Below, piece by piece: positions 62,093-64,000 of a DNA stretch of 64,000 nucleotides; position 1 is the stretch's first letter; each line of letters opens with the position of its first letter. A program made the position numbers and the translations under genes. The notes under the pieces are model-generated. The model was given only the letters and a program-made list of their open reading frames with translations, ran no database searches and was not told the DNA's origin. Source of the DNA: Octopus sinensis (Eukaryota); the NCBI RefSeq assembly GCF_006345805.1, contig NC_043024.1, positions 16,058,001 through 16,122,000 of the forward strand, read 5' to 3'.

Positions 62093-62484
62093 CTCTTTTA
62101 CTTGTTTCAGTCATTTGACTGCGGCCATGCTGGAGCACCGCCTTTAATCGAGCAAATAGACCCTGGGACTTATTCTTTTTGTAAGCCCAGTACTTATTCT
62201 ATCAGGCTCTTTTGCTGAACCGCTAAGTAACGGGGACATAAACACACCAGCATCGGTTGTCAAGCAATGCTAGGGGGACAAACACGCACACACATATATA
62301 TATATATATATACATATATACGACGGGCTTCTTTCAGTTTCCGTCTACCAAATCCACTCACAAAGCATTGGTCGGCCCGGGGCTATAGCAGAAGACACTT
62401 GCCCAAGATGCCACGCAGTGGGACTGAATCTGGAACCATGTGGTTGGTTAGCAAGCTACTTACCACACAGCCACTCCTGCGCCT
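62093..62484 (-). mobile_element. SINE family A, full length
   Basis: Reverse complement of 45556-45950. Confidence 0.9.
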
Positions 62485-62922
62485 ATGTTTATCTTCTGCA
62501 CTCATCTGAAACATCATTGAGCTTCAGATGGTGACATTTGATAACATTTTCCAGTCAACAAACTATCTGGTGGCTCTGTATTTTCGAAGATGAATGGAAT
62601 GAAAACTCACTTATGTAAGCAGGTGGGGGTGGCAAGAAGGGCCATCCAACAGTAAGAGAAATGTCTCAATAATATCTAATCACCGGACCCATGCTTACAT
62701 GGTAAAACAGAAGCAAAAACAAACGAATGAGTGTATGCACATCCATCTCTACAATTGTTAGAACTGTATTAGTTCAGCAAGGACTTCATCTGAGATTGCA
62801 TATTGAAAGGGAAACAACTGTTTCCTGTAGTTATTTGAAATATACAGACATGTGCCACTAGGTTCACAACTGGCAGAATCATTAGTCAAAACAGTTCTCT
62901 ATTTTAGAGATGAGGAATTCCA

Positions 62923-63352
62923 TACATTATTTACATTGGACAGATACGTGTCCTCATTTTGTTTGTTGTTACCACAACATTTCAGCTGATTTACTCTCCA
63001 GCCTTCATCAGGTGTCTTTGTAGAATTTTGTACCCAACCCTGGGTTCTCATTCCTAAGGTATTTTTTGGTGGTGGTGGTGGTATTATTATTTATTCAAGG
63101 TACTGCTTGGAATTGAACTTGGAATCTTGGGGTTAGTAACCAGCATTCTTAGCCATTATGCTATATGCCCATTAAATTCCAGGCAGTGCCTTGAGTAAAT
63201 AACATCACCAAAAAATACCTTAGGAATGAAAACCCAGGGTTGGGTTCAAAATTCTACCAGGACACCTGATGAAGGCTGGAGAGTAAATCAGCCGATGCAT
63301 TGTGATAACAACAAACAAGATGAGGACATATCCATCAAATGTAAATAATGTA
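62923..63352. mobile_element. Penelope-like inverted-repeat element (~148-bp arms) with hammerhead-like motifs
   Basis: 62923-63071 versus 63206-63352; CTGATGA-A-GGCTG...CAGC(T/C)-GAAA in the minus-strand arm (62973-63014). Confidence 0.7.
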
Positions 63353-63602
63353 CAGAATCATTAGTGCCTTACAGTATTTCTTCTGCTTCTTTACATCCTG
63401 AGTTCAAATCCTACCAAAGTCAACTTTGCTTCTCATTTCTCCATTGCTGATAAAATAAAGGGCCAGACAAATACTGTAGTTGAAGGCATCAACTAACCTC
63501 CTCGTCAAAGTAGCTGGCCTTCTGCCTAAACAGGAAACATGTCGTAATAGCAAAATTTTACAAATTAGTTTGAACCAAAAACAAAAGAAAACAATTACTC
63601 AC

Positions 63603-63754
63603 AAAAGAATAGGGACAGTGGTTAGAAACTTTTTCGTAGCAGTGAACTGTTGACCATAGTCGATTTGCTCCCATTGTGTTTGCATTCGGGCCTTACCTTG
63701 GTCAGCAGGTTCCCATGGAGTACCTTTCGTCACATGTAATATCATAAACATCAG
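63603..63754 (-). CDS. ORMDL: ORMDL internal coding exon ([50 protein letters not shown]); first coding exon lies beyond the window
   Basis: TTTACAG acceptor, GTGAGT donor, 152 nt. Matches ORMDL [39 protein letters not shown]. Confidence 0.96.
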
Positions 63755-64000
63755 CTGTAAAGATATATTGGAAGACACATTTTTATGACTGTTACATTTA
63801 TTTATCACAATACCCTTCACTTCATGGGACAACCCGCAGACATAACAACACACAGTTTCTACTGGCCGAATGGTTAAGAAATTTGCATTGCAAATTTTGA
63901 GATCCCGTCTGTAGTTCAACCATACTGCATGATTACTTCAGAAGGTAAATGGTTTCTAGAATAGTTTCAGGTTGTCTCAAGTTGTGTGAGTAAAATAGAA

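Overview
Repeat-dense eukaryotic DNA, most consistent with an octopus (coleoid cephalopod) genome; this is inferred from the SINE/LINE/microsatellite landscape and a TGEKP-linked C2H2 zinc-finger gene. Three protein-coding loci are reconstructable, all on the minus strand. (1) The last two coding exons of an ORMDL gene (63603-63754, 58945-59080). (2) A gene with a single coding exon and 12 zinc fingers (48276-49424). (3) The first eight coding exons (314 aa, all GT-AG, phases compatible) of a strongly divergent glutamate-cysteine ligase catalytic subunit (GCLC)-like gene (23824 down to 2161), which continues off the left edge. This GCLC-like protein keeps the metal-binding glutamates but has a remodelled acceptor-pocket and active-site Cys region. 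The rest is transposon-derived: two tRNA-derived SINE families, RTE- and CR1-type LINE fragments, mariner, Merlin, hAT, piggyBac and Helitron-type elements, and many inverted-repeat structures. Several inverted repeats carry minimal hammerhead-ribozyme-like motifs typical of Penelope-like elements, including two families with a compensatory U3:A8 core and different palindromic stem III sequences. The 66-bp array at the window start is an expanded sub-repeat of an RTE LINE 3'UTR, not a gene or CRISPR. Most ORFs in the supplied track are microsatellite or SINE artefacts. All alignments and comparisons to reference proteins were done by eye from recalled sequences. SINE and fragment boundaries are approximate.
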